Notes under the pieces: generated by a model
Databases searched by the model: none
Seen by the model: the letters and a program-made list of their open reading frames with translations, nothing else
What the model was told of the DNA's origin: nothing
Shown here: positions 34,494 through 44,313 of the stretch, in pieces
Layout: each line of letters starts with the position of its first letter
Numbering within the stretch: the first letter of the stretch is position 1
Made by a program: the position numbers and the translations under genes
DNA from: a virus
Lineage: Duplodnaviria; Caudoviricetes
Length of the DNA: 64,000 bases
Direction: 5' to 3' (one strand)
Virus record (IMG/VR): IMGVR_UViG_2765236019_000001
Location: 1-64,000 of that record

Positions 34494-37220
34494 CTACCTC
34501 TTGATCTCGGCGAGGCCCACGTAGCTGCCCGTCGTCTGGGGGGCGGAGGGGTAGGTGTAGCGCGCCAGGTCAGTGGTGTTGAAGTCGTCGTTGTTGGCCT
34601 TTTTGACGACGATCAGGCGGTCGCCGTCGTAGGTGAGGATCAGGCGGTCGCCGTCTGCGAGCGGTGGGTAGGTGGCCAGCTGGTCGGCCTGGTAGCCGCC
34701 ATCGGTCTTGCGGATGCGGTAGAGGCCGTCGCGCGCTGCGATGGTGAAGTCGCCGCCGTTGCTGGTGGCGTGCACGGCCAGGCCGTGCAGGGCGCTGGGG
34801 TCGGTGGGCCGGGACAGGACGGTGACTGCGAGGCTGACGGGTCCGGTGGGCTGGGGGGTGAGGGCGGTGGTCAGGTAGGTGCCATCTGGTGCAGGAGCGG
34901 GGGTGGTACTCAAAATGCCTGCCGCGACTGACCACGTACCTCCGCGTGTTGTCCACTTCTGGGCGGAGGTGCCGACAGAGGTTCCTGCCAGGTCGTTGAG
35001 GTCGACATCGAACGGGTCTCGAAGGGCCGCGGTTGTTGCTGCGGTGGCGGTGAGCTGGGGAAGGGGGCGTCCGGTGGAGTCGTACCACCCGATTTCGCAG
35101 GCCAGGTTGCTGATTGTGGTGCCGCCCGCATAGCGGGCGTGTACGGCAGCGGTAATCAGCTCCGTAGCTGCTCCTGCGAATGCCCAACTTCCCTGGTCGC
35201 TCCCCGAGTTCGCGGGCTGCTCGCCTTGGTTTGCGGTGATGGCCTCGTAGCGGGCGCGCCCGTGCGCGACGATCTCTCCAGGCTGGTAGAGGCGGTCCGG
35301 CGTCCAGGCAGAGACGCGAGGAAGAGGCACTCCGGCGGAGGCCACGAGCGCCGGGTCGGGGACGCCTTGGTCGGTGGCCAGCGACGGCCGCCAGTAGTCC
35401 TTGGCCTGGCCCGGCGCCTGCCCGGAGGAGGCGGTGGCCACCGCCTCCCAGGTGCGTCCCTGGTAGGTGACCAGGTGGCCGACGCGGTAGACGGTGGCCG
35501 CGTCCCAGGGGCGAGCCTGCGCGGGGGCGATCGAGGCGAGGGTGTAGGAGGCGGCTCGTGGCGCGGTGGCGGCGAGTGCGGTCGTGGCGTACTGGCTGTG
35601 TGGCCCATCAGGTGGGGTGATGCCGCTTTGGCTGCCCAGCGTTCCAGGCACGGTCCGGGCCGCTGTGTCGTCTGCTCGCAGCCACCAGGTGGAGGGGTCG
35701 AGTGTGGCCGGGGTCGTCTCCAGTCCCCAGTCACGTGGTGGCGCGCTGACCTCCTCCCAGAAGATGCCGCTGTCTGGGTGTCCGGCAGGAGGCACCGGCG
35801 ACAGACGCTGGTCGGTCGGTGTCAGGCTCAGGGTGTTGATGCCCAGTTGCCAGCCGCTGGAGGCGACGTTGGCGCCGCTGACGGCGATGCGGATGGCGTG
35901 GTCTCCGGCGGCGAGCTGGCGGCGGCCCAGTGTGGCGGTGGCGGTGGACTGGGTGCGTGCGTAGCCGTCGATCGTGCGCAGCGTTTCGCCGTCGATGGCG
36001 ATGGTCCAGATGCCGTAGCTCGGAGCGGTGGTGTACACCAGGGCGATGTCGTAGGTGGCGGCGGTGTCGACGGTCAGCTTGAGGGTGAACGCGTCGCCGT
36101 TCTTGAGGTTCCTGCCCAGGACTCGCGTGCCGAGCTTGTCTGTCTCAGCCACGACTGTGCCTTGTGTCTGGGTAGTTGTGGGCGGCAGCAGGCTGGTGGC
36201 GGGGATGCGTCGGGCGGAGGAGCGGGCGCGGAAGGTGCGGCCTCCGTAGGTGACGTACTCCCCCGCTGCGTAGCGCACGCCCGCAGACCAGGAGGGCAGC
36301 GCCGGATGCCACATGCCTGACTGGTCCTGGTCTGCCATGAGGTTGGGGCTGGTGTGGATATCGCAGTCCCAACCCGTCAGGTCGTGGATGAGCTGCCGCA
36401 GGCCCGCGTCGGTGCCCTTCGCCCGCGCGGCACGGCTGGCGTTCTCGACTCGGGCACGACGGAGCTGGGGCCGGGCAGACAGCGGTTGCTCCAGGCCGAG
36501 CATGTCGGCAGCACGCTCGGTGTAGGTGCTGGAGGTGGTGTGCTGGTCGTGGAGCCTGGTTGCGAGGTCGATACGGCCTTTGGCGGTGTCCAGCGGCTGG
36601 CCGAGCACGGTGAGGAACGCGGTGAGGTCCTCGTTGGTGCCGCTGTTCTCCGTGGTGATCTCCTGGGGCGCGGTGCGGTACGCGGGCGGCAGGAGGGAGT
36701 ACATCCGCTGCGCGTAGCGGTGGTCGGCGACGGAGAGTCCTGCTGCGGCACCGGCTCGGACCCATTCCAGTGTGTTGGTGGTGGCCCGCCAGTCCTGTGA
36801 TGCGCTGGAGGGTGCGCTGCCGCTGGTGGGGCGCTGGCAGAGGTAGGTGGTGCCGTTGTAGGTGACGCAGTCGCCGACGCGGTAGGAGGCGGCGGCCGAC
36901 CAGGCTGGGTAGGGCACGGAGACGTACAGCGCGTAGTAGTACAGGCGGTCGGGCAGCAGATCGGTGTCCAGGTAGGTGGTCACCAGGCCCTCGTGTCCGG
37001 TTTCGTAGAGCACCGTTCCGTCGTCTGCGTCGCCGGGCACGCCGAAAGTGTTGCGGACCAGCCGGAGCCGGGTCCAGGAGTCCTCCCGTGACGGGGACCA
37101 GGTGACCTGGATTTGACAGGGGGCGACGGATTCTGCGGTGGCAGGCTCGACGCTGTACTCGACACGGACATCGGTGCCGTATTTGGACTGGGCGTAGAAA
37201 TCGAGCCCGTACTGTGCCAT
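34494..37220 (-). CDS. Baseplate wedge (P2 gpI-like) carrying four CBM5/12-like modules and a jelly-roll CBM
   Basis: AKGTDAGLRQLIHDLTGWD plus repeated W...Y..G..V.Y.G..Y/W modules. Confidence 0.8.
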   Translation of the reverse strand: MAQYGLDFYAQSKYGTDVRVEYSVEPATAESVAPCQIQVTWSPSREDSWTRLRLVRNTFGVPGDADDGTVLYETGHEGLVTTYLDTDLLPDRLYYYALYVSVPYPAWSAAASYRVGDCVTYNGTTYLCQRPTSGSAPSSASQDWRATTNTLEWVRAGAAAGLSVADHRYAQRMYSLLPPAYRTAPQEITTENSGTNEDLTAFLTVLGQPLDTAKGRIDLATRLHDQHTTSSTYTERAADMLGLEQPLSARPQLRRARVENASRAARAKGTDAGLRQLIHDLTGWDCDIHTSPNLMADQDQSGMWHPALPSWSAGVRYAAGEYVTYGGRTFRARSSARRIPATSLLPPTTTQTQGTVVAETDKLGTRVLGRNLKNGDAFTLKLTVDTAATYDIALVYTTAPSYGIWTIAIDGETLRTIDGYARTQSTATATLGRRQLAAGDHAIRIAVSGANVASSGWQLGINTLSLTPTDQRLSPVPPAGHPDSGIFWEEVSAPPRDWGLETTPATLDPSTWWLRADDTAARTVPGTLGSQSGITPPDGPHSQYATTALAATAPRAASYTLASIAPAQARPWDAATVYRVGHLVTYQGRTWEAVATASSGQAPGQAKDYWRPSLATDQGVPDPALVASAGVPLPRVSAWTPDRLYQPGEIVAHGRARYEAITANQGEQPANSGSDQGSWAFAGAATELITAAVHARYAGGTTISNLACEIGWYDSTGRPLPQLTATAATTAALRDPFDVDLNDLAGTSVGTSAQKWTTRGGTWSVAAGILSTTPAPAPDGTYLTTALTPQPTGPVSLAVTVLSRPTDPSALHGLAVHATSNGGDFTIAARDGLYRIRKTDGGYQADQLATYPPLADGDRLILTYDGDRLIVVKKANNDDFNTTDLARYTYPSAPQTTGSYVGLAEIKR

Positions 37221-37231
37221 GGAAGCTCCGG

Positions 37232-38056
37232 TCAGGGGGTCAAGGGATCGGCGTCCCAGTCCGGCCGGGTCACCATGTCCTGCGGCAGCGCCCGGATATA
37301 GGTGAACCCGGCCCAGGTGAACACGGTCTGCGGGCCGATCGGGTCGAACAGATTGGCCGCCGGGATGCGCAGGTTGCCCATGTGCCGGATCTCCACCGAC
37401 AGCTTCTCGCCCTGATACCAGGGCCCGGAGTACACGGGGTTGTTGCGGTGGTATCCGTAGATGCCAAGCGGTGCCGAATCGCCGTCGGTGGCAACGTCCC
37501 TGGAAACGCCCTCGATGTTGACGCGGGTGTACATGGCATGGTCGGTTGATTTTGTCTGGGGCCGCTTGGCGGGCACCCACATCATCGTGCGCACCGAGAT
37601 GATCCACCATCCGGTCTTGGGGCACGTCAGCGTGTACGTCGGCTGCTTAGCCATCCCCAGCGGATCGATGACCGCCCGGTCGAAGAGGATGGGGTGCCAG
37701 TCCTCGACCGGATGATTGGGATTCCCCTGGTTCACCGTCTGCGGGATGCTGGTGCCCGAGCTGCGCAGAGAGCAAACCGGCAGGTTCCAGCCGGTCTTCG
37801 CGGCGTCGAGCAGTCCGTCCTGGTAGTAGCGCAGCCGCTCCTGTTCGCGTTGGATGATGTCCAGGCGGGAGTCGACGGTGGTGTAGGAGACGGTGTTGCC
37901 GTTGGCGTCCAGGTATTCGGTGGGCATGACTCCGAGCGTGGAGCTGATGCCTGCTATCTCGTCCTGGATTTCGTTGACGTGCTCCGCCATGACGTAGTCG
38001 CGCTGATTGGCGTGCTGGGGCCACCTGCGGATGGCCTTCGGGTAGTGAGAGGGCAT
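37232..38056 (-). CDS. Tail fibre-like protein
   Basis: AEHVNEIQDEI..I..TLG N-terminal anchor and a C1q-like C-terminus. Confidence 0.7.
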   Translation of the reverse strand: MPSHYPKAIRRWPQHANQRDYVMAEHVNEIQDEIAGISSTLGVMPTEYLDANGNTVSYTTVDSRLDIIQREQERLRYYQDGLLDAAKTGWNLPVCSLRSSGTSIPQTVNQGNPNHPVEDWHPILFDRAVIDPLGMAKQPTYTLTCPKTGWWIISVRTMMWVPAKRPQTKSTDHAMYTRVNIEGVSRDVATDGDSAPLGIYGYHRNNPVYSGPWYQGEKLSVEIRHMGNLRIPAANLFDPIGPQTVFTWAGFTYIRALPQDMVTRPDWDADPLTP

Positions 38057-39570
38057 CAGAATCCTCCGTCGGTGACGAGGTACAGGTCGCCCGGCACGGG
38101 GATTTCCCAGTCGCGGCACAGGATGTCCTGGGCGCCGGTCTGCACGCCGTCGGCCCTGGCGAAGAGCGGGACCTTCACGTATTCGACGCCGGGCAGGGAG
38201 TCGAGCATTCGGTAGACACGGGAGATGGGAATCGTCTGCCCGAAGGCGCTGCGTGCGTCGGAGAGCAGCTCTTGCAGCGCGCGCCTGCCTGCCCGCGCGA
38301 CGTCGGCGGCACGGTGGTTGGGGTACAGGCCCAGGATGATCGGGCTGGCTTCGCTGCCCATGTTGACGCGGACGAGGTCGCCTGGGGCGACCGTGACGCG
38401 TACTCCGGCGACGGCTCGCTGCTGGAGGTAGCGCTCCACGCGGTCCAGCAGCTCCAGGGCCGGGGTGGCGTTGGCGGCGCCGACGACGCGGACGGTGACG
38501 GAGGTGGTCTGGGTCGCCAATGCCTTGGCCTTGGCGATGCCGGGCACGGCCAGGGCGAGGTCGGCGTAGTCGCGTAGCGAGACCGCGCGGTCCTGCGTGC
38601 GATGGGCTCTGGGTGCGTTGGTGCGGATCGATTCCAGCGATTCGGCATCCCGGCCGCCGGTCATGGCGCTGCTGGTGGCGATGTAGACGCCAGGCAGCGC
38701 ATCTGCGATGTCGATGAGTTGGTTGGCGGAGATGTTGCCGACAGTGCCGCCTCCGGTGCGGTACGCGGCGTGCAGGGCCTGCCCTGCGGCGGGGACGGCA
38801 CCGGCCAGGCCGTCGCCCAGGACGATGATGGTCTGGCCATCGGCGGCGGTGTGTACCTCAAACACCAGGTCAGTGGGGCCGCATTCCAGGAGGCTGTCGA
38901 CGCGGCGCCAGGGCACGGCGTCCTGGGCGGTGGAGACGTACAGGCGGATGCTGTCGTGCAGGGCGGGGCCCTCGGCAAGCACCAGGCGCTGCTCCGGCCG
39001 CCCGGTGGAGGTGCCCAGGGCCTCGGTGAGGATCTCCTGCTGCTGCGGTGTGTCCCGGGCGATCAGCAGCGGTGTGATCCCTGCGGTTTGGCCCTCAGTC
39101 ACCGGGATGCTGGCTGAGCCTCCGGCTGCGGCCAGGGTGACGGCGGTGGTCGTCTCGTAGATCAGCGGACGGTCCAGGGCGTCGATGAACGCGGTTGTGA
39201 TCTTGGTGCCCGCAGGGACGGTCACGGCAGTGGCCTGACTCGCCTCGGTTGCCAGGACCACGGTGCCTGCGGCGGCCGTTGCCACATCGGGGGTGTAGCC
39301 GAGCATCCGCGCCAGGTCCATGATGGACTCCCGGCGCGTTGCCGTCGGCAAGAACGCCTCGCGGCTGGCCGCATCGAGGTAGTAAGAGAGGATGTCACCG
39401 AGATAGGCGATTTCCTCGATCAGCGTGACGCCGAAATCAGCGGTCGCGCGGCCGGTCCATTGGGGAAATACCTGCGTGGCGTGATCGAGCATTGCTGCGC
39501 GCAGGCTCGCGAAATCCCGGGCGGTGTAGTCGATGACGGCAGGGACAGCTGCGCTGGTCTGTTCCGCCAC
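38056..39570 (-). CDS. Baseplate J/gp47 (T4 gp6-like) protein
   Basis: IDYTARDFASLR, GGRDAESLESIR and RAVSLRDY. Confidence 0.92.
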   Translation of the reverse strand: MAEQTSAAVPAVIDYTARDFASLRAAMLDHATQVFPQWTGRATADFGVTLIEEIAYLGDILSYYLDAASREAFLPTATRRESIMDLARMLGYTPDVATAAAGTVVLATEASQATAVTVPAGTKITTAFIDALDRPLIYETTTAVTLAAAGGSASIPVTEGQTAGITPLLIARDTPQQQEILTEALGTSTGRPEQRLVLAEGPALHDSIRLYVSTAQDAVPWRRVDSLLECGPTDLVFEVHTAADGQTIIVLGDGLAGAVPAAGQALHAAYRTGGGTVGNISANQLIDIADALPGVYIATSSAMTGGRDAESLESIRTNAPRAHRTQDRAVSLRDYADLALAVPGIAKAKALATQTTSVTVRVVGAANATPALELLDRVERYLQQRAVAGVRVTVAPGDLVRVNMGSEASPIILGLYPNHRAADVARAGRRALQELLSDARSAFGQTIPISRVYRMLDSLPGVEYVKVPLFARADGVQTGAQDILCRDWEIPVPGDLYLVTDGGF

Positions 39571-39607
39571 GAAGACTCCTGTCAATGATCGTCATTTCGA
39601 CATGCCC

Positions 39608-39637
39608 ATTTTGTGCCAGGGCCTGGGTGTTGTATTA
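39608..39637 (-). promoter_or_regulatory. TAATAC-N18-CAAAAT promoter (variant)
   Basis: Same spacing as the motif, in the gap before baseplate J. Confidence 0.45.
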
Positions 39638-40036
39638 GTAGGTGTCGACCCGGCCACCCGGTCGGACAACGATTTCCTGGGGATAGGTGACAGTTTCTGG
39701 GCTTGCATTGGTGGTGCCGATATCCACCAGCACGTCCACGATTCCCTCCGCGTCGTCGTTGACGACAGGCCGAGCTGCGGAGACAACGGCTCCCGGCTCC
39801 CAACGAGCGACCGCGTCCTGTACCGCATGCCGGAGCGCCTCTTGTGTGACCGGGTCGTTCGGCGCGAACAGGAAGGGCCGCAGGTCCGTGCCGAATTCGG
39901 GCTGCATGACGCGCTCAGATGGCGCGGTAGCCACCACGGCACGCACCCGCTGCGCTGTCTGCCGGTCGGGGTTGGTGACGCTGGCGATTCGGCCGGAGGC
40001 GTCCACGGCGAAGGGGATGGCGAGCTGTTCAGACAT
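39635..40036 (-). CDS. GPW/gp25-like baseplate wedge
   Basis: ERVMQPEFG...LF and RWEP. Confidence 0.9.
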   Translation of the reverse strand: MSEQLAIPFAVDASGRIASVTNPDRQTAQRVRAVVATAPSERVMQPEFGTDLRPFLFAPNDPVTQEALRHAVQDAVARWEPGAVVSAARPVVNDDAEGIVDVLVDIGTTNASPETVTYPQEIVVRPGGRVDTY

Positions 40037-42152
40037 TGTCGTATCTCCCGTTGAGCGTGGGTCCCTTGTACTCGATGGACATACGGATATTCGTTGCCGT
40101 CCCGGTCTGCCCAGCACGTAGCGCCAGCGTGATGCGTGATCCGGATTTCAGTGAGGCAAGCACTGTTCCGGTGGCCCCTTGCGCCACCGATGAGACCGAT
40201 TCCTGAGACCAGATCCGGAATTCCGTGCCGCCAGCGTTCACCCACATTCGGTTCTGGGTGAGCGACTGGCCCCAGCGGCAGCTCACACTGATCTGGTACA
40301 GTCCGTCTCGGGTGGTATAGATTCCCATGGTGTCCTGCGAGGCGAACATTCCTGTGTCCGTCTGGGCCAGCACAGATTCCCAGGCGATGTCGGATGATGT
40401 CGGCGATAGGGCGAAACTATCTGTCTGGGTAACGATGTAAGGCCGCTTTTCTGCGACGGTCATCCACCGCCCGTTAATGCGCACCTGCGCGATTTCAGCG
40501 TCATTGAGGATGTAGAGATCGCCGTCGGCCGGATTGAGGACGTCACGTACCGCAGTAGAGGCCACGGCACGGATCCGTGCGGTGTGCTCGGGGAGGGTGC
40601 CGGGCCGTGCGGCGTTGCCCGGACGGACTGGTTCGACGGCCAACTGGCCCCCCGCGATGACGGCGAGCTGCTCGCCGTTGGGGTATGTCGAGTTGGCGTT
40701 GCACCAGTAGCGGGGGGTGATGGTGACGGTGGAGCCCGGAGTCAGCCCCTGGAGGAGATGGCGTTTCGTCGCAGCCAGTCCCCATGTTTTGCCGGAGATG
40801 GTCACGGCCTGCTGGAGTCCGTCACCGCTCCATTCGTAGTCCCCGCTGACGGACCAGCCCAGGCGCATCTCGGCCGTGTCGGAGACCTGGTTCCACAGGG
40901 TGGCACCGATGCTGACCAGGAGGCTGCCGGTGGCGGGCACGGTGGTGGTGATGGGGGCCCAGTCTGTGGGGGCGTAATCGGTCCAGGTGCTGGTGGCGGC
41001 GTACCGGGGGGCGGGATACGTCAGCAGTGTCTGCTGGACACGGGTGTCCTCCCCCTCGACCACCGGCTCGACGGCAAGCTGTCCAGACTGCGCCACGAAG
41101 GTCGTCACGGTGGTGCTGCTGTCTGTGCCATACACCGGGGTGATGCGCACAACCTCGCCTGGCACAAGGCCAGTTATAAGCGTGCGCCGGGTGGCGGCGG
41201 AGACCGCGGAGGCGTTCACGCTGGTGATTTGTTTGTACAGGTGGGACCAGGTGTCTTTCCACCCGGTGCTGCCGCTGAGCACCCAGGAGTACCACAGGTC
41301 ATCGCCGACGGTGGCTGACGCCGGGGCGATCTTCCCGGAGATGGACACCCACATTTTCCCGGACGCTGGGACCACCGCGCGGATGCCCGCGAGATCGTCA
41401 ACGGGGAACGGCGTGTAGGACGAGGCCAGGTATTTAGGCTGCCGGGACTGGTCGGTGGTCACCGGCATCACCGTCGCCGCAGGAACAGGCTCGACGACCA
41501 TCTGGCCACCGGAGATGATGCGGGGCACGTACGCGGCGTCAATGTTCGCATGGGAATAGGCGGGCCGAATCTGCACACGGTGTCCCGGCGGCAGTCCCTG
41601 CACCAGATGCCGACGCGTAGCCGCGATAGTCCCCGCCTCATCAACGCCCGGCACTCCGCCCTGACGATGCAGGCTCACTCGACCGGTGTCGACGTACAGG
41701 TAGGCGCGGGTGTCCAGGTCGTAGACGCCCCAGGAGATCGCACACTGCGCACCCGGCCGACCCCCCGGATTCAACCGGGCTGACAGGGAGACGAAAAAGG
41801 CACCCGACTCCGGCACGACGGTATTGATGAACGGCCACTGAGCCTCGTCCCAGAGGTAGAAACTGGTGCCGTTCAAGGGCCGGGGGGCAAGGCGCTGGGC
41901 GGATACCAGTGGCTCAATCGGCTCGTAGTCGCGCTCCACTACGTCCGGGTCGGCTACGTAGACCGGGCGGGCCTCATCGCCTCCCTGATACGTGACCCAC
42001 ACCAGCTCGCCCACGGCCGGGACGCGCCCGCGCACCGCAGGCTCCGCCCACAGGGTCAGGGCCTCTCCGGAGACCTGGGGCACCTGAAGGCGGACGCGTC
42101 CTCGCAACTGCGGGTCGGTCGTGCTGGCCACGACCGCCTGGTACGTGCTCAT
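40029..42152 (-). CDS. Baseplate spike (gpV/gp5 OB fold) fused to three internal repeats and a C1q-like domain
   Basis: DPQLRGRVRLQVP...WA...P.VGELVWV.YQGGD..P, and three repeats ending GQxxVEPV. Confidence 0.82.
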   Translation of the reverse strand: MSTYQAVVASTTDPQLRGRVRLQVPQVSGEALTLWAEPAVRGRVPAVGELVWVTYQGGDEARPVYVADPDVVERDYEPIEPLVSAQRLAPRPLNGTSFYLWDEAQWPFINTVVPESGAFFVSLSARLNPGGRPGAQCAISWGVYDLDTRAYLYVDTGRVSLHRQGGVPGVDEAGTIAATRRHLVQGLPPGHRVQIRPAYSHANIDAAYVPRIISGGQMVVEPVPAATVMPVTTDQSRQPKYLASSYTPFPVDDLAGIRAVVPASGKMWVSISGKIAPASATVGDDLWYSWVLSGSTGWKDTWSHLYKQITSVNASAVSAATRRTLITGLVPGEVVRITPVYGTDSSTTVTTFVAQSGQLAVEPVVEGEDTRVQQTLLTYPAPRYAATSTWTDYAPTDWAPITTTVPATGSLLVSIGATLWNQVSDTAEMRLGWSVSGDYEWSGDGLQQAVTISGKTWGLAATKRHLLQGLTPGSTVTITPRYWCNANSTYPNGEQLAVIAGGQLAVEPVRPGNAARPGTLPEHTARIRAVASTAVRDVLNPADGDLYILNDAEIAQVRINGRWMTVAEKRPYIVTQTDSFALSPTSSDIAWESVLAQTDTGMFASQDTMGIYTTRDGLYQISVSCRWGQSLTQNRMWVNAGGTEFRIWSQESVSSVAQGATGTVLASLKSGSRITLALRAGQTGTATNIRMSIEYKGPTLNGRYDNV

Positions 42153-43324
42153 GCTGCGCCTCCGATGTACTGGGCGCACCAGCGCTGCTCGGACAGGACG
42201 GTGCTGGCGGGTTGAGGCAGGGGCAGCCGGTGCGCATCCAGGCCGTCGGGCCGGTTGCGGCCCAGCACGAGATCGGTGACGTAGGTGCGCTGAGAGGGTT
42301 GGGTGGGATGGAGGGTCAGGCGATGACTGACCTGGCGGATCATCCACGTACCCACCGTGTGCGGACCAAGGCCCGCTCCTTGGAGCCAGATCTCGGTGCC
42401 GACCTTGAGCCGGGCGTCCCCCCGTACGCTGGCGTTTGCCGATACCCACAGTGCGGAGGCGGCGGAAGCGGCGCTCACGCGTTCCTCGGCCTCGGCGCGG
42501 GAGTCGGCGGGGAGCGCCGTGGCGTATGTCCGGTGCGCCGCTGTGGCGGAGCGGGCGTCGACGCTGCGGGACAGGTGCCGGGTATGGCGGTTGTAGGCAT
42601 ACCCCTCGATCCGAGTGCGGCGGCCACCGCCGGGCTCCAGCTCGCCGTGGAGGGCGTCGAAGGCATAGATGGTGTCGTGCAGGCCCGGCAGCTTGGTCAG
42701 GTGGGCTGAGGGGATTGCCTGGCCCCGGCGCAGGGTGGCCAGCGGGGAGGTGAGGTAGACGGTAGTGGCATCGGCGACCAGCCGCAGGCCGTACTCCTGG
42801 GCCAGGTCGCGCAGGAACGCGAAGTCGCTCTGGGCTGACTGCATCTTGGTCAGGCGTGTCGGCGTTCGCTCGGTGACGCAGGCCAGCTGGTAGTGGCGGC
42901 ATACGCTGCGGGCGAGAGCGGAGGCGCTCGACATCTGCCAGGCGAGACTGCGCTGGGACTGCATGGTGGTGGTCGGGCCAGTGAGCGTGTAGGTGACGGT
43001 GACCTCGCTGTTGCGCTGGAGGCGGGCGTCGTCCTGGCCGGTGGTGATGCGGTAGGAGTGGACGTACCCATAGAGGTCTGCCTGTTGGTGTGGCCCGGAG
43101 CCGTAGCGCAAGTGCATCGGCGTACCCTCTGGCTGCACGATGCCGGAGGAGAGGGCCCAGCTGCGGATGCTGTCCGTGCGGGGCACGCTGATGCGTATGG
43201 AAATCTCCGCCACCTCGTGCGTGGCCTCGGCCTGGTGCACGGAGATGTGGGTGATGTAGTGGCGGCTGGTGGGTACGTTTGGATAGATGATGCGTGCGTG
43301 GGGCGCAAATTCCTTAATCGGCAT
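42149..43324 (-). CDS. Baseplate hub (gpD/gp27/VgrG-like)
   Basis: QSDFAFLRDLAQEYG, GDARLKVG and W.IRQVSH. Confidence 0.82.
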   Translation of the reverse strand: MPIKEFAPHARIIYPNVPTSRHYITHISVHQAEATHEVAEISIRISVPRTDSIRSWALSSGIVQPEGTPMHLRYGSGPHQQADLYGYVHSYRITTGQDDARLQRNSEVTVTYTLTGPTTTMQSQRSLAWQMSSASALARSVCRHYQLACVTERTPTRLTKMQSAQSDFAFLRDLAQEYGLRLVADATTVYLTSPLATLRRGQAIPSAHLTKLPGLHDTIYAFDALHGELEPGGGRRTRIEGYAYNRHTRHLSRSVDARSATAAHRTYATALPADSRAEAEERVSAASAASALWVSANASVRGDARLKVGTEIWLQGAGLGPHTVGTWMIRQVSHRLTLHPTQPSQRTYVTDLVLGRNRPDGLDAHRLPLPQPASTVLSEQRWCAQYIGGAA

Positions 43325-43592
43325 GAGGAATCCTGATAGCAGTTCCGGGCGCTATTTCTGTCCAGTCCAGGATTTCCGGGTTGACCTCAGCGATGCGCCA
43401 CCATTGCGTGGGGTCGCGATAGAACTCGGTAGCCACGGTGTCCACGCGATCACCGTCCTGCCACCGGTAGGAAATTGCACGCACGCGCAGTGTTTTCGGT
43501 GGGGCTGGGCCGAGGACCTGGCGCGTGGCTCCCGCAGCATCAGTGACGATCTCGACTGGGTGGTCTGCATAGCGGGAGCCACTGTTGATCAT
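43314..43592 (-). CDS. Tail protein X / LysM-like baseplate protein
   Basis: SRY...GDRVDTVA..FY.DP.QWWRIAEVNP. Confidence 0.85.
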   Translation of the reverse strand: MINSGSRYADHPVEIVTDAAGATRQVLGPAPPKTLRVRAISYRWQDGDRVDTVATEFYRDPTQWWRIAEVNPEILDWTEIAPGTAIRIPHAD

Positions 43593-43599
43593 GTTTCTC

Positions 43600-44313
43600 C
43601 TATTTCGGCTGAGGGAGCCCTGTCATCGTAATGCTGAGCGACAGGCGTTGAGTAGTCATGTCCTGTGTCCAGTGCACCCATTGGATCTCGATATTGCTGA
43701 TGTACCCGTAGTAAAAGAGGGCCCGGTCCTGGCCTCCGAAAAACGCGGTGCACGGCCGCATCTGCATCGGACCGGTCACCGTCTCAGGGACGTCTGACGT
43801 ATCCGGTGAGGGCGCACTGTCCGGATCACTGCTCGACCCGGCCGAACCGCCCGTTCTGGAAACTGAGTTGATCCCGACCAGGTTGTACAGCGCATTCACG
43901 TCGTACATCACGCCATACCTGGACTGTGGGGTGTCCCGCCTGGCGAGGACGTCATACGTCCGGTCGTAGAAGAGGCTGAAAGAGCAGGAGGAGTTGATTG
44001 GCAGCAGCGCGGTCCCGGTATCCGACTCAGCGCGCTGCCAATCCGCCGGAGTAAGGTTGGCCTGGTCCAGTCCATGGCTCATCGACACCGTGGACGGGTT
44101 GTAGTGGAATTTGAGGTAGTACGGCTTTTCCTTCTTGGGAAGCCCACGGGTGTCGCTGACAATGTAGCCCTGCGGAAAGGTTAGGTAGTCGTCCTGGCCG
44201 CTGCCAACTCCCCCGCCCCACCAGCCGATTCCTCCCGCCGGGAGCTGGCGAGGGTCTACCGCCCCGTTGCTGTGCTGACGAGCATCCAGCTCTTTGTGAA
44301 TACGAGAGAACAC
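43600..44313 (-). CDS. Tail tube initiator-like protein
   Basis: FHYNPSTV motif, located after the tape measure gene. Confidence 0.7.
   Translation of the reverse strand: MFSRIHKELDARQHSNGAVDPRQLPAGGIGWWGGGVGSGQDDYLTFPQGYIVSDTRGLPKKEKPYYLKFHYNPSTVSMSHGLDQANLTPADWQRAESDTGTALLPINSSCSFSLFYDRTYDVLARRDTPQSRYGVMYDVNALYNLVGINSVSRTGGSAGSSSDPDSAPSPDTSDVPETVTGPMQMRPCTAFFGGQDRALFYYGYISNIEIQWVHWTQDMTTQRLSLSITMTGLPQPK

Noticed and set aside
40029-42152. Diversity-generating retroelement acting on the spike repeats
   Set aside because: No reverse transcriptase, and the repeats are diverged at protein level with no near-identical template/variable pair.
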